Assembly (NCBI GenBank): GCA_964022095.1
Contig: CAXHZO010000003.1
Coordinates: forward strand, 96,001-160,000
Length of the DNA: 64,000 bases
Reading direction: 5' to 3'
Origin: an uncultured Arcobacteraceae bacterium
GTDB lineage: Bacteria > Campylobacterota > Campylobacteria > Campylobacterales > Arcobacteraceae
Every line of letters starts with the position of its first letter. Within the stretch, counting starts at the first letter, position 1. This document shows positions 21,339 through 32,498 of the stretch, piece by piece. Made by a program: the position numbers and the translations under genes. The notes beneath the pieces are model-generated. The model was given only the letters and a program-made list of their open reading frames with translations, was not told the DNA's origin and did no database searches.

Positions 21339-22553
21339 ATGGAGTTAAACATCAGTAACAGAAAGAAAAAACTAACAGTAAAGAATGTTTTTAAGGTTTT
21401 TGGGGATAATCCAAAAAAAGCTTTAAAAATGTTGGACGAGGGTCTTTCAAAAGAAGAGATATTTTCAAAAACTGGTATGACTATTGGAGTTCAAGATGCA
21501 AGTTTTGAAATATACGAAGGTGAAATCTTTGTAATAATGGGATTATCAGGTTCTGGAAAATCCACTCTTGTAAGGTTACTTAACAGACTTATTGAACCTA
21601 CATCAGGTGAGATATTAGTTGATGATACAGATGTAACAAATCTATCAGACAAAGAACTTATAGATATCAGAAGAAAAAAAATATCAATGGTATTTCAATC
21701 TTTTGCATTAATGCCTCATATGAATATAATTGATAACACATCTTTTGGACTTGATTTAAGTGGTGTATCAAAAGAACAAAGATATGCAGCTGCAAAAAAT
21801 GCACTAGAGCAAGTTGGATTAAAAGGTTATGAAGAGTCTTACCCAGATGAGTTAAGTGGTGGTATGCAACAAAGAGTTGGTCTTGCAAGAGCCTTAGCAA
21901 ATAATCCAGATATTATGCTTATGGATGAAGCTTTCTCTGCTCTTGACCCTTTAATTAGAACAGAAATGCAAGATGAATTAGTTGAATTACAAAGTAATGA
22001 TAAAAGAACAATTGTCTTTATTTCTCATGATTTAGATGAAGCAATTAGAATTGGTGATAGAATTGCAATTATGCAAAATGGAGAGATATCTCAAATAGGA
22101 ACTCCTGAAGATATTATCAATAATCCTGCAAATGATTATATTAGATCATTCTTTAAAGGTGTAGATGTGACTTCTGTTTTGACTGCTGGTCATATTGCAA
22201 AAAAACTTAGACCTACTATTATTAACAAAGATAGTACAGGTATAAAATCAGCATTACAATATATAGGTGATTTTGATGAGGATTACGCTTACTTTGTTGA
22301 AAAAAGTGGAAAATATCTTGGTATTTTAACTTTAGAATCTTTAAAAGAACAAAAACAAAAGGGCGGGACTTTATATGATGCAATTTATTGTAATAAATCA
22401 ATTGTTGAAGATACTCAAATAGCTGATTTTATTACAGACGTTGCAGAGTATGATTTTCCTTATCCAGTTGTAGATAATAATGGAAAGTATAAAGGAACAA
22501 TCTCAAAAAGTAGATTACTAAAAGTGTTTGATGAAGGAGTTGAAAATGAGTAA
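21339..22553 (+). CDS. proV: Glycine betaine/proline ABC transporter ATPase
   Basis: [37 protein letters not shown]-terminal CBS-like region. Confidence 0.95.
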   Translation: MELNISNRKKKLTVKNVFKVFGDNPKKALKMLDEGLSKEEIFSKTGMTIGVQDASFEIYEGEIFVIMGLSGSGKSTLVRLLNRLIEPTSGEILVDDTDVTNLSDKELIDIRRKKISMVFQSFALMPHMNIIDNTSFGLDLSGVSKEQRYAAAKNALEQVGLKGYEESYPDELSGGMQQRVGLARALANNPDIMLMDEAFSALDPLIRTEMQDELVELQSNDKRTIVFISHDLDEAIRIGDRIAIMQNGEISQIGTPEDIINNPANDYIRSFFKGVDVTSVLTAGHIAKKLRPTIINKDSTGIKSALQYIGDFDEDYAYFVEKSGKYLGILTLESLKEQKQKGGTLYDAIYCNKSIVEDTQIADFITDVAEYDFPYPVVDNNGKYKGTISKSRLLKVFDEGVENE

Positions 22554-23568
22554 TGATCCATGGGGAAACGCTTCAACCGCACAAGAAAATAAAAGCTCTT
22601 CAGTAGATTGGACTAGTGAAGCAGCTTCTGCTCCTGTTGAAGAAACTAAATTCGATATATTAAATCCATTTCAAGATGCTATTATTCCTTTTGATGATTG
22701 GACAAATAATGGTATTGATTGGCTAGTAACAAATTTTAGAGAAGTATTTTTAGCTGCAAAAGCACCTATTGATATAGTATTAAAATCTATTGAATCTTTT
22801 TTACTATTTTTAAATCCATATGTTGTAATTGTATTTTTTATTCTTTTAGCTTTACAGTTCTCAACAAAAAAACTAGCAATTGGAACACTAATTTCATTTT
22901 TTATAATTGGATTTATTGGGGCTTGGGAAGAGTCGATGATTACACTAGCCTTAGTTCTAACAGCAGTATTATTCTCAATAATTATTGGACTTCCATTAGG
23001 TATATGGAGTGCAAAAAGTGATAGAGTAGATAAGTTTTTAAGGCCAGTTTTAGATGCAATGCAAACTACACCAGCCTTTGTTTATCTAATTCCTATTGTA
23101 ATGCTATTTGGTATTGGTAATGTTCCAGGTGTTATTGTAACAATTATATTTGCACTTCCACCATTAATTAGACTTACAAACTTAGGTATTAGACAAGTAC
23201 CTGAAGATTTAATTGAAGCTTCAAGATCCTTTGGTGCAAGTTCAAAACAGATGTTATGGAAAGTACAAATTCCAGTAGCCATGCCTACAATTATGGCAGG
23301 GATTAATCAAACACTAATGCTTGCTCTTTCAATGGTTGTAATAGCTTCAATGATCGCAGTTGGTGGATTGGGTCAAATGGTACTAAGAGGAATAGGAAGA
23401 TTAGACATTGGTCTTGCTGCAGTTGGTGGTTTAGGTATTGTTTTACTAGCAGTTATTCTTGATAGATTAACACAAGCTATGGGACAAAAAGATAAATCAG
23501 ACAAAACTAAATGGTTTCAAAAAGGGCCAATAGGTTTTGTATTAAAATTACTAGGAAAAGGAAAATAA
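22546..23568 (+). CDS. proW: Glycine betaine/proline ABC transporter permease
   Basis: [35 protein letters not shown] after GGAG RBS. Confidence 0.95.
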   Translation: MSNDPWGNASTAQENKSSSVDWTSEAASAPVEETKFDILNPFQDAIIPFDDWTNNGIDWLVTNFREVFLAAKAPIDIVLKSIESFLLFLNPYVVIVFFILLALQFSTKKLAIGTLISFFIIGFIGAWEESMITLALVLTAVLFSIIIGLPLGIWSAKSDRVDKFLRPVLDAMQTTPAFVYLIPIVMLFGIGNVPGVIVTIIFALPPLIRLTNLGIRQVPEDLIEASRSFGASSKQMLWKVQIPVAMPTIMAGINQTLMLALSMVVIASMIAVGGLGQMVLRGIGRLDIGLAAVGGLGIVLLAVILDRLTQAMGQKDKSDKTKWFQKGPIGFVLKLLGKGK

Positions 23569-24743
23569 TGAAAAAATTACAAAAATTAAGTTTAGTTGCA
23601 TCACTTGCACTAATTTCAACACAAGCATTTGCTGCAGATACTTTAGCTGAGGCATTTTCAGAAGGTAAAGTAAGTGGTGAGATTAAATCTCAATATTATC
23701 AAAAAGAGAGTAATACTTCTAAAACAGTAAATATTTGGACAAATGGTGGAAACCTTTCTTATGAAACTGGAGCTTTTAATGGTTTAAGTGCTGGAGTAAC
23801 TTTTCAAGTTGCAAGTACAACTGCAGAAGATTTAGATGAAAATCCAACTGCATATGATTCTGACCAGAATGTTTCAGGTGCTGTTATGTCTCAATCATAT
23901 TTACAGTATACAAGAGGAAATACAACAGCAAAAGTTGGTAGACAATATATCTCAACTCCATTAGTTGCAGGATCTGGTAGTAGAATTTTTCAAGAATCAT
24001 TTGAAGCTTATACTTTAAAAAATACAGATTTACCAAATACTACAATTACAGCTGCATTAGTAACTAAGTTTCAAGGTAGAACAGATGGAAATGAAGGTCC
24101 TTCAGATTTCAATAAATTAGGTGATGGTGTATATTCTATTTATGTAACAAATAATTCAATTGAAAATTTAAGTTTAGCAGCTCAATATGTTCAAGCTACA
24201 AAATTTACAAATGATGATAAAGATATTACTCTTTATTATTTAAATGGTTCATACGATTTTGGTGCATTTAAAGTAGGTGCTCAATATTATGGTTCTGATG
24301 ATGAAAATACTACAGATACAGATTATTATCTTTCTAATAGAGATGGATACTTATATGCTTTAAATGCTTCTACTAGTATTGGTAATTTATCATTAGGGGC
24401 ATCATATAGTGAAGTTTCTGAAGATGGTGGAGTTTCTGCATACAAATTAGGAAACGGAGCTGATTATATTTATACATGGACTTGGATGTATGGTGGAGTA
24501 TATGATGCTGATACAAAAGCTTACAGTATAAATGGTTCTTATAAGTTTACTGATAAATTATCTGCAAGCTTTATTCATGCTAATTGGGAAATTGGAAATA
24601 GTGGAGATAGTAAAGAAACAGATGTTATTGTAGATTATAAATTTACAAAAGCACTTTCTGCAAGGTTATTATATGCTGATTTAAATGATAATGCAGGATT
24701 TGGTAAGTATAAATCAAGACTTTATGTATCTTATAAATTTTAA
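23568..24743 (+). CDS. Outer-membrane porin (OprD/Campylobacter MOMP-like)
   Basis: Signal peptide, TLAEAF..GKVSG, KVGRQ, C-terminal RLYVSYKF beta-signal. Confidence 0.88.
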   Translation: MKKLQKLSLVASLALISTQAFAADTLAEAFSEGKVSGEIKSQYYQKESNTSKTVNIWTNGGNLSYETGAFNGLSAGVTFQVASTTAEDLDENPTAYDSDQNVSGAVMSQSYLQYTRGNTTAKVGRQYISTPLVAGSGSRIFQESFEAYTLKNTDLPNTTITAALVTKFQGRTDGNEGPSDFNKLGDGVYSIYVTNNSIENLSLAAQYVQATKFTNDDKDITLYYLNGSYDFGAFKVGAQYYGSDDENTTDTDYYLSNRDGYLYALNASTSIGNLSLGASYSEVSEDGGVSAYKLGNGADYIYTWTWMYGGVYDADTKAYSINGSYKFTDKLSASFIHANWEIGNSGDSKETDVIVDYKFTKALSARLLYADLNDNAGFGKYKSRLYVSYKF

Positions 24744-24757
24744 GGAGAATTAGAATT

Positions 24758-25732
24758 ATGAATTTAAAAAAATTACTAGTAAGTGGATTAGCATCAGTTG
24801 CTGTATCAACTACATTATTTGGAGCAAATGTAACTGCTGTTAAAACAAATATTGCTGAAGAGGCATTCCAAATGGAAATTGTATCAGAAATCCTAAAGAA
24901 AATGGGACATGAAGTTACAACTACAAATGACGTAAACTATGATATTGCATATCAAGAGATTGCAAATAATGCAAAGGGTGAGAATGTTTATTTTCTAGCT
25001 TCATCTTGGGATCCATTACATAATGGTAAAATTGATGTTGTTGGAAAAGATAAGGCAGTTAAATTTGAAAATAATTTTATTGCAAATTGTGCTCAAGGTT
25101 ATTTAATTGATAAAAAAACTGCTGATAAGTATAATATTAAATACTATAATGATTTAAAAAAGCCAGAAATTGCTAAATTATTTGATTTAGATAATGATGG
25201 TAAAGCAGACTTAACTGGTTGTAATGCAGGTTGGGGATGTGAAAAAGTTATTGAACATCAATTAGATGCATATGGTATGAGAGATATTGTTGAGCATAAT
25301 CAAGGTGAGTATTCAGCACTTATTGCAGATACAATTGCTAATTATAAAACTGGTAAATCAATTCTTTACTATACATGGACTCCTTATTGGGTAAGTGGTA
25401 AATTAGTTCCAGGTAAAGATGTAACATTTTTACAAGTGACACATAGTGCTAATCCTAATACTAAGTCTACTAAATTAGGAAATGGTGCAGATTATGGATT
25501 TAATGTAAATCATCAAAAGATTGTTGCAAGTGCAAATGTAAAAGATCATAAAGATATCTCAAGATTATTTGAAATTATCAAATTAGATGTTAATGATGTA
25601 TCTGGTCAAAACATGCTTATGGCAAATGGTCAAAATAAAGAAAAAGATGTTAAAAGACATGTTCAAAAATGGTTAGAAAATAATAAAAAACAAGTTGATA
25701 CTTGGATTAAAGAAGCAAAATCTGCTAAATAG
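24758..25732 (+). CDS. proX: Glycine betaine/proline ABC substrate-binding protein
   Basis: EEAFQ, WDPLH, QGYLIDKKTA, GCNAGWGC, YYTWTPYW. Confidence 0.93.
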   Translation: MNLKKLLVSGLASVAVSTTLFGANVTAVKTNIAEEAFQMEIVSEILKKMGHEVTTTNDVNYDIAYQEIANNAKGENVYFLASSWDPLHNGKIDVVGKDKAVKFENNFIANCAQGYLIDKKTADKYNIKYYNDLKKPEIAKLFDLDNDGKADLTGCNAGWGCEKVIEHQLDAYGMRDIVEHNQGEYSALIADTIANYKTGKSILYYTWTPYWVSGKLVPGKDVTFLQVTHSANPNTKSTKLGNGADYGFNVNHQKIVASANVKDHKDISRLFEIIKLDVNDVSGQNMLMANGQNKEKDVKRHVQKWLENNKKQVDTWIKEAKSAK

Positions 25733-25736
25733 GTTA

Positions 25737-25760
25737 AATAGGGGAACTTTCCCTTATTTA
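25737..25760 (+). terminator. Probable intrinsic terminator after proX
   Basis: AAATAGGGGAA-CT-TTCCCTTATTT hairpin. Confidence 0.55.
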
Positions 25761-25825
25761 AAACTCTTTTAAAATATAAACTCTAAATATAAAAATAGTA
25801 TAATTGTTAAAAAGGAAATATTTAA

Positions 25826-26164
25826 TTGGCTTTATTAAATAATGACAAAGACATACTACCTTTAAGTAGTATCGCTGAATTACTTACTGCAAAAGTAAGA
25901 ACACTAAAAATGTATGAAGATAAGGGATTATTTCCTCCTAAAAAAGAAACAAAAAAACTTTACTCTATTAACGATGTAAAAATCATATCATTTGTTCACT
26001 ATTTAGCTAGTGTAAAAAAAATAAATGCAAATGGAATTAAGTATATTTTAGAAATACTGTATACAAATATGGATGAAAAAAATCGTCAAGAATTTTTAGA
26101 TATAGTTGAAATGAAAATGGAAAAGCTTTCTGGATCTGAAATTAGGGATATTGAAAGTTTTTAA
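25826..26164 (+). CDS. MerR-family regulator, HspR-like
   Basis: LSSIAELL..VRTLKMYEDKGL..LYS..D, INANGIKYIL; TTG start, AAGGA RBS, upstream TATAAT. Confidence 0.8.
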   Translation: MALLNNDKDILPLSSIAELLTAKVRTLKMYEDKGLFPPKKETKKLYSINDVKIISFVHYLASVKKINANGIKYILEILYTNMDEKNRQEFLDIVEMKMEKLSGSEIRDIESF

Positions 26165-26177
26165 TTTGTGATTTAAG

Positions 26178-26255
26178 TGGTCGGGGCGAGAGGATTCGAA
26201 CCTCCGGCCCCCTGGTCCCAAACCAGGTGCGCTAACCAGACTGCGCTACGCCCCG
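26178..26255 (-). tRNA. tRNA-Pro(TGG)
   Basis: CGGGGCG acceptor stem, anticodon arm CCTGG-TTTGGGA-CCAGG, GGTTCGAATCC, encoded CCA. Confidence 0.98.
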
Positions 26256-26306
26256 AACTAAATAGGGCGCAATTATATTGGATTTTTACTCATTTGTCAA
26301 GGATAT

Positions 26307-26777
26307 TTAGTCATTTTTTGAAATTTCTATATTATTTATATTTTCAACTAATTTAATTAGTTTTCCCTCTTTCATAATAAAGTAACCATTACTTTTTATT
26401 TTACCTTTTGAAGTATAAGTGAACTTATAATTTTTATCAAATTTTACATCTATGTATTTATCTTTCTTTAACTGAATTCTTTCATCTTTTATGTTGTTAT
26501 TTGAAGCTCTTTTCAGTATCTCTATAATTGCATATTTGTCTTTTTTGTATTTAATGTTTTCAGTATCTTTTTTTAGTGAAAAGTTTTCATCATAGAATAC
26601 AAAAGTATCTTTTCCTAACAAAAATCTTGCTATTGAATTTGTAACTTCAGCTTTTAAGTAGTTATCTTTTAATGTATCAAAGTTTTTTGCAACACCAAGT
26701 TTAATCCCTGTAAAATATACTGAATAATTAGCAAATGATACACTTATAAAAAGCATTAGTGTTATAATTAATTTCAT
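26307..26777 (-). CDS. Exported hypothetical protein
   Basis: 156 aa ORF with signal peptide and AAGG RBS. Confidence 0.7.
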   Translation of the reverse strand: MKLIITLMLFISVSFANYSVYFTGIKLGVAKNFDTLKDNYLKAEVTNSIARFLLGKDTFVFYDENFSLKKDTENIKYKKDKYAIIEILKRASNNNIKDERIQLKKDKYIDVKFDKNYKFTYTSKGKIKSNGYFIMKEGKLIKLVENINNIEISKND

Positions 26778-26832
26778 TTGTATAAACCTTTTTTATTTTA
26801 GTCTAATTTATTAATGTGTAATTATTGTAGAT

Positions 26833-27303
26833 TTATTCAACTGTTTTAATTAAAACATCTCTAAAGTGATTAAGCTCTTTCATTTTTGTATCATTGCCTT
26901 CATTTATATCTGGATGGTACTTTCTTGCAAGCTCTTTATATCTTTTTTTTATCTCTTCTTTTGTAGGAGAATGAGTAAACCCAAAGAACTCTTTTGCTTG
27001 TTGAACTTCATCAAATCTAGGATTATTTGCAAACCCTGAAAAGTCTTGTTGATTAAAGCCTCTAAAGTCATTGAAATTAAAATTTTGGCCATTTTGAAAT
27101 GAACTGTTGTCAAATTTAAAATGAAAACCACTTGTTTTCATCTTTTTCTTAAAGTTATAAATTAAAAAGGCAATAACCGCAAAGATTACACCTAGTATCA
27201 TTAAAAATGTTCCAAAATTTGTAAAAATTAGATATAAAATAAAAAATAGTATTGCTAATCTAACTAATCTATTAAAAATATATATAAATGTATTATTTGT
27301 CAT
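26833..27303 (-). CDS. Membrane-anchored J-domain protein
   Basis: Two N-terminal TMs, F/N-rich linker, IKKRYKELARKYHPD. Confidence 0.85.
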   Translation of the reverse strand: MTNNTFIYIFNRLVRLAILFFILYLIFTNFGTFLMILGVIFAVIAFLIYNFKKKMKTSGFHFKFDNSSFQNGQNFNFNDFRGFNQQDFSGFANNPRFDEVQQAKEFFGFTHSPTKEEIKKRYKELARKYHPDINEGNDTKMKELNHFRDVLIKTVE

Positions 27304-27497
27304 AAAAAAATAAATCCTAATTAAAATTTCACGTATTATAGTATTTTTACACTATAAGTACATTAAGCAAAAAGATTTAACCAATTCTTAACATATAAAA
27401 TATGAATTTGCTATTTTATTGCTACTTTTTACTGTTTATCATACGAATTTCATTTTTTAGTTCTAATCTTATTGTATTAAAACTAGGAGGATGTATT

Positions 27498-29186
27498 ATG
27501 AGTTTAGGCTTACAAGCATTTTATGCTGCTTTACCTATTCTTTTAGCTGGATTTTTATTAGTAGGAATGAGAATCTCAGCTAAAAAAGCAATGCCATTGG
27601 TTTATATTTCAACAGTTGTCATTGCATTATTTATTTGGGAGGTATCTCTTAATAGGGTATTTGCTTCAACAATACAAGGTTTATTAATTACTATTGCAGT
27701 GTTATGGATTATTTTTGGTGCAATATTATTACTTAATACTTTGAAGCACTCAGGAGCTATTGCAATTATTAGGCAAGGGTTTAATAATATAAGCCCAGAT
27801 AGAAGAGTTCAAGTAATTATTATTGCTTGGCTATTTGGATCATTTATTGAAGGTGCTTCAGGATTTGGAACACCTGCTGCTATTGCAGCACCACTGTTAG
27901 TTGCTATTGGATTCCCTGCAATGGCAGCAGTTATGGTTGGAATGATGATTCAAAGTACTCCTGTATCTTTTGGAGCAGTTGGAACACCAATTTTAATTGG
28001 AGTAAATAAAGGACTTGATTCTGAAGGTATTGGAGCAACTCTACAAACTATGGGTAGTTCTTGGGATGTTTATTTACAAACTATTACTTCACAAGTTGCT
28101 ATTACCCATGCAATTGTTGGAACATTAATTCCTTTATTTATGGTAATAATGCTTACAAGGTTTTTTGGTGAAAATAAATCATGGAGTGAAGGTTTAAATA
28201 TTTTACCTTTTGCAATTTTTGCAGGACTTGCATTTACTATTCCTTACGCTTTAACTGGAGTATTTTTAGGGGCAGAATTTCCATCACTAATTGGTGCACT
28301 TGTAGGATTGCCTATTGTTATATTTGCAGCTAGACATGGCTTTTTAATTCCTAAAAAATCTTGGGATTTTCCTTCAGTTGATAAATGGCCTAGTTCTTGG
28401 ATTAGTAAATTAGAGATTAAGCTTGATGCAATGAGTCCAAAAGAGCCAATGTCAATTGCAGTTGCTTGGATACCTTATATCTTAGTTGCTTTAATTTTAG
28501 TTTTAACTAGAGTTAGTTCTGACGCAAAAGCATTTGTAACTTCTATTGTAATACCATTTAAAGATATTTTAGGCGAGGGTGTTGGATATACAATTTCACC
28601 ACTTTATTTACCTGGTGGAATTTTAGTATTTGTAGTAATAATTACTTACTTTTTACATAAAATGGAGTTTAAAGAATTAAAAGAAGCCCTAAGTGAGTCT
28701 TCAAAAGTAATGATTGGTGCAGGATTTGTACTTATATTTACAATTCCTTTAGTTAGAATTTTAATTAACTCTGGAATTAATGCTTCAGGATTTGAGTCAA
28801 TGCCTGTTGCAATGGCTAATTATGTAGCTGCAAACGTTGGAGATATTTATCCTTTATTTGCTCCAATGGTTGGTGCTCTTGGAGCATTTATTGCAGGGAG
28901 TAATACTGTATCAAATATGATGTTAAGTCAATTCCAATTCGGTGTTGCTGATGCCCTTGGAATTTCAACAGCGTTTATGGTTGCACTTCAAGCAGTTGGA
29001 GCAGCAGCAGGTAATATGATTGCTATTCATAATGTAGTTGCAGCAAGTGCTACAGTTGGTTTACTTGACCAAGAAGGTGAGACTTTAAGAAAGACAATTA
29101 TTCCTACAATTTATTATTGTTTAGTAGCTGGAATTATTGGTCTTATTGGAATGTATGGTTTAAGTTTAGTTGATCCATTGATGTAA
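27498..29186 (+). CDS. lctP: L-lactate permease
   Basis: [43 protein letters not shown]; start after AGGAGG. Confidence 0.9.
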   Translation: MSLGLQAFYAALPILLAGFLLVGMRISAKKAMPLVYISTVVIALFIWEVSLNRVFASTIQGLLITIAVLWIIFGAILLLNTLKHSGAIAIIRQGFNNISPDRRVQVIIIAWLFGSFIEGASGFGTPAAIAAPLLVAIGFPAMAAVMVGMMIQSTPVSFGAVGTPILIGVNKGLDSEGIGATLQTMGSSWDVYLQTITSQVAITHAIVGTLIPLFMVIMLTRFFGENKSWSEGLNILPFAIFAGLAFTIPYALTGVFLGAEFPSLIGALVGLPIVIFAARHGFLIPKKSWDFPSVDKWPSSWISKLEIKLDAMSPKEPMSIAVAWIPYILVALILVLTRVSSDAKAFVTSIVIPFKDILGEGVGYTISPLYLPGGILVFVVIITYFLHKMEFKELKEALSESSKVMIGAGFVLIFTIPLVRILINSGINASGFESMPVAMANYVAANVGDIYPLFAPMVGALGAFIAGSNTVSNMMLSQFQFGVADALGISTAFMVALQAVGAAAGNMIAIHNVVAASATVGLLDQEGETLRKTIIPTIYYCLVAGIIGLIGMYGLSLVDPLM

Positions 29187-29194
29187 TAGTTTAG

Positions 29195-29218
29195 ATAAAG
29201 AAGTTTATACTTCTTTAT
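29195..29218. terminator. Hairpin between convergent genes
   Basis: ATAAAGAAGT-TTAT-ACTTCTTTAT. Confidence 0.55.
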
Positions 29219-29826
29219 TTAACTAAATCATTAATATGATTTAACATTTCCTTACTATTGTTGTATTTTATATGAATAGGGTATAACTCTTGTTTATATT
29301 CTAAAACTAATGAAGGAAAGGCTCTAATATTTAGAGACCTTCTTAGATTTAACTCATCTTGTAAATCTTCTTCAATTTTTTCACTATTTAAATCTTTTAG
29401 AAACTTTTCTTTATTCATTCCTATTTCTTGGGCTAAAGTGGCAAGAGTCTCTTTATTACTTGGATTCATAGCTCTTTGATAATATGCATTTTGTATTGCA
29501 TTTAACATTTCATCTTCTTTATTGTCTTTTCGAGCTAATATTGTTGCTTGGCAAGAGCTATATGTAGATCTTCTTGGTTTACAAACTTTCCAAAAATCAT
29601 GATTAAATTTTGTTCCAACTTGATTTTCTATTTCGTACCAAATATTTTCAATTTTTTCTTTCATTGATTTTGGCATTATTTCATCACTGTGTTTAGCTAA
29701 TCCCCCAACTACATATTGTAGTTTTATCTTTGGGTTTAATTGTTTTCTTATTTCATCTAATGTTGGTTTAAAAGCATAACACCATGAACACATAGGATCA
29801 TGAACATAATATAGTGTATATTCCAT
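29215..29826 (-). CDS. DsbA family (FrnE-like) thioredoxin-fold protein
   Basis: HDPMCSWCY, FPSL; start set at MEYTL. Confidence 0.88.
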   Translation of the reverse strand: MEYTLYYVHDPMCSWCYAFKPTLDEIRKQLNPKIKLQYVVGGLAKHSDEIMPKSMKEKIENIWYEIENQVGTKFNHDFWKVCKPRRSTYSSCQATILARKDNKEDEMLNAIQNAYYQRAMNPSNKETLATLAQEIGMNKEKFLKDLNSEKIEEDLQDELNLRRSLNIRAFPSLVLEYKQELYPIHIKYNNSKEMLNHINDLVK

Positions 29827-29959
29827 AACTATCCTTGGATTATTTATTGTTTCAAAATATAGCATTATTAAATTTATATTACTTTAAAACCCTATTTTAA
29901 ACAAATAAAGTAAATATTCAACATACTTAAGTAAAATAATAAAGTTATTAAGGATTATT

Positions 29960-30226
29960 ATGGATTACGAAGAGTTTGAGAAAGCAGTTGATACTTTAGG
30001 TATCTTAACTAAAACATCAAAGAAAGATTTAAAAAAAAGATATCTAAAGCTATCAAAAAAATATCATCCTGACATGCCACAAGGTAGTCAAGAGAAGTTT
30101 TTAGAGTTGAGAAAATCTTACGATATTTTAGTTTCATATATGGATTCTTATCAATATAATTTTGATAAAGATGAATTCAAAGATCAAAATCCTGTTTTTA
30201 CAAACTATAAAAATTGGAATAAATAA
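29960..30226 (+). CDS. Small stand-alone J-domain protein
   Basis: LKKRYLKLSKKYHPD..EKF.EL..SY.IL; 88 aa. Confidence 0.85.
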   Translation: MDYEEFEKAVDTLGILTKTSKKDLKKRYLKLSKKYHPDMPQGSQEKFLELRKSYDILVSYMDSYQYNFDKDEFKDQNPVFTNYKNWNK

Positions 30227-30292
30227 TAGGGCATATTATATATGTTTTGGTAGAATACAAAAATTATAATTTTTTTAGTCTTGGAGAAAAAA

Positions 30293-31150
30293 ATGTTTGA
30301 TCAAAAAAAAGTAAAAGAATTAATATTAACTTCATTTGTTGCGGATTCATACTCACTTGGTAGTCATTGGGTTTATGATGAAAGTCAGTTAGCAAAAAAT
30401 ATTTTAAACTGGGAAGTTTTAAATGCACCATTAGCAATATGGCATAAAGGAAAGGTTGCAGGTGAGTTTACTCACTATGGTGATCAAACTATATGGCTAT
30501 ATGATTTTATAAAAGAAAACAATAGCTTTGATGAAAAAGAGTTTGCTAAATATTGGTACGAAAAAATGAAAACATATGATGGTTATTTAGATGGTGCATC
30601 AAGACAGAGTATGCAAAATATTGCAAATGGAATTTTCCCATCAGGTTCTTTATCAACTGATATGTCAATAGTTGGAAGAATAGCACCATTGCTAATGGTT
30701 TCAAAAGATAAAAACGACTTTTTACAAAATGTAGAGAAGTTAATAAGAACAACACATAATAACTCTAAAACAGTTAGATGTGGAAACTTTTTTGCTAAGT
30801 TATTACTTATGGTAATGGATGGTAAAAATGTAATTGAATCTATTGAGTTTTTAAAAGATGAGTTTGATACTTCAATTCAAAAAATGATTACAAGAGGTTT
30901 AGAATCAAAAGATAGTGACACATATGATTCATTACGAGATTTTGGTCCTGCTTGTGATATTGATGAAGGTTTTAGTGGAATAATTCATCTTTTATGTAAA
31001 TATAACAACTTAAAAGATTTATTAATTCAAAATGCAAAAGTAGGTGGAGATACAAGCTCAAGAGCAATGATAGCCTCAATAATTTTTATGGCAAATAACT
31101 CAATTAGTCAGATACCTCAAGAGTGGTTAGCAATAAAAGTTAAAATTTAG
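30293..31150 (+). CDS. ADP-ribosylglycohydrolase family protein
   Basis: ADSYSLG.HW.YD, THYGDQ, RIAP, TTH, GGDTSSR. Confidence 0.82.
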   Translation: MFDQKKVKELILTSFVADSYSLGSHWVYDESQLAKNILNWEVLNAPLAIWHKGKVAGEFTHYGDQTIWLYDFIKENNSFDEKEFAKYWYEKMKTYDGYLDGASRQSMQNIANGIFPSGSLSTDMSIVGRIAPLLMVSKDKNDFLQNVEKLIRTTHNNSKTVRCGNFFAKLLLMVMDGKNVIESIEFLKDEFDTSIQKMITRGLESKDSDTYDSLRDFGPACDIDEGFSGIIHLLCKYNNLKDLLIQNAKVGGDTSSRAMIASIIFMANNSISQIPQEWLAIKVKI

Positions 31151-31162
31151 TTTAGGGTAATT

Positions 31163-31582
31163 ATGAAAAATACAATTATACGGTTTTTTAAAGATAAGTT
31201 TTATATTGAAATGGCAATTGCGTCAACTCTATTTCTAATTGCATTAGCTACAAATATGCTAATGGAGTTTATTATATATATGCTTTATTTCATAATCTTT
31301 TTAGAAATTGTAAGAGCAGTTGTAAATTATATAAGAGAGCAAAGAGTTACTATGAGTTTACTTGTAGATGCTTTTATTATTTTAGCATTAAGAGAGTTTA
31401 TTGTTAATGTTGTCAAAATTAATGTTGAAGAATTAAACTCAATTGAAGCAATTTTTGCAAGTTCTGTGAACTATAATTTAATGATACTATCTGGAGTGAT
31501 TTTATTTTTACTTTTAGTTAGATATTTATCTGTTAAGTCTTCTCAAAAATATCTTTTAAAAGATATCGAAAAACCTGAATAA
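31163..31582 (+). CDS. PsiE-family membrane protein
   Basis: Four TMs, FIIFLEIVR, DAFIILALRE. Confidence 0.75.
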   Translation: MKNTIIRFFKDKFYIEMAIASTLFLIALATNMLMEFIIYMLYFIIFLEIVRAVVNYIREQRVTMSLLVDAFIILALREFIVNVVKINVEELNSIEAIFASSVNYNLMILSGVILFLLLVRYLSVKSSQKYLLKDIEKPE

Positions 31583-31585
31583 TAT

Positions 31586-32479
31586 ATGATTTTATATCAC
31601 GAACCTTTATATAGGCCTCCTGCTGAGGCCTATTCTGTAATAGTACAAGCAACACTAGGTTGTAGCTTTAATAAATGCACTTTTTGTACAATGTATGAAA
31701 CTAAAGAGTTTAAAGTTAAAGCTTTAGATGAAGTCTTCTTAGATATAGATAAATTATCTTCTATTGATATAAATGCAACAAAAATGTTTTTAGCCGATGG
31801 TGATGCCCTAAGTTTACAAACAACTCATTTAATAGAAATTTTAAAATATGCATACAAAAAATTTCCAAAACTAAGAAGAGTGAGTATTTATGCAAGTGCT
31901 TTTAACTTATATGATAAAACACTGGAAGAATTAACTTTACTTAAACAAAATGGTTTAAGCTTGATTTATTATGGAATAGAATCAGGTAATTATAATATTC
32001 TTAAAAAAATCCAAAAGCCAATAAGCAATCAAAAAATGATTGATGGCTTAAATAAAGTATCAAAAGCAAATATTAAAATATCAGCAACTGTTATTTTAGG
32101 TATAGCAGGCAAAGAGTACTCATCTGAACATATAAAAGATAGTGCAGATATAATAAACAATACAACTATTACTTATTTATCTACCTTGCAATTAATGTTA
32201 ACTGATTATACATATGAGAAATTTCAAAAAAGATTTGAAGGTAAATTTCAAATGCTAAATGAGCTAGAGATGCTAAAAGAACAAAAACTTTTTTTAGAGA
32301 ATTTAAATCCTAAAAACAAAGTAATATTTAGATCCAACCATGTATCAAATTCATATGCCTTAGCAGGGACATTAACTAAAGATAATAATAGGTTAATAAA
32401 TGAAATAGATGAGGTAATATCTTATTTACAAAAAAATCCTCATCTTATTAATACTTATTCAAATAAGATGAAATTATAA
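31586..32479 (+). CDS. Radical SAM protein
   Basis: YRPPAEA.S..Q.T.GCSFNKCTFC, FLADGDAL, FRSNHVSN. Confidence 0.9.
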   Translation: MILYHEPLYRPPAEAYSVIVQATLGCSFNKCTFCTMYETKEFKVKALDEVFLDIDKLSSIDINATKMFLADGDALSLQTTHLIEILKYAYKKFPKLRRVSIYASAFNLYDKTLEELTLLKQNGLSLIYYGIESGNYNILKKIQKPISNQKMIDGLNKVSKANIKISATVILGIAGKEYSSEHIKDSADIINNTTITYLSTLQLMLTDYTYEKFQKRFEGKFQMLNELEMLKEQKLFLENLNPKNKVIFRSNHVSNSYALAGTLTKDNNRLINEIDEVISYLQKNPHLINTYSNKMKL

Positions 32480-32498
32480 ATAAAAATAAAGAGGCAAA

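Noticed and set aside
23511-23567. N-terminal extensions of the porin (also adk, lctP, DsbA, ccdA, proW)
   Set aside because: Downstream ATGs have better RBS and family-typical N-termini
15998-26255. ect/proU locus as a tRNA-Pro-integrated island
   Set aside because: No integrase and no duplicated tRNA 3' end seen; composition looks like the rest of the window
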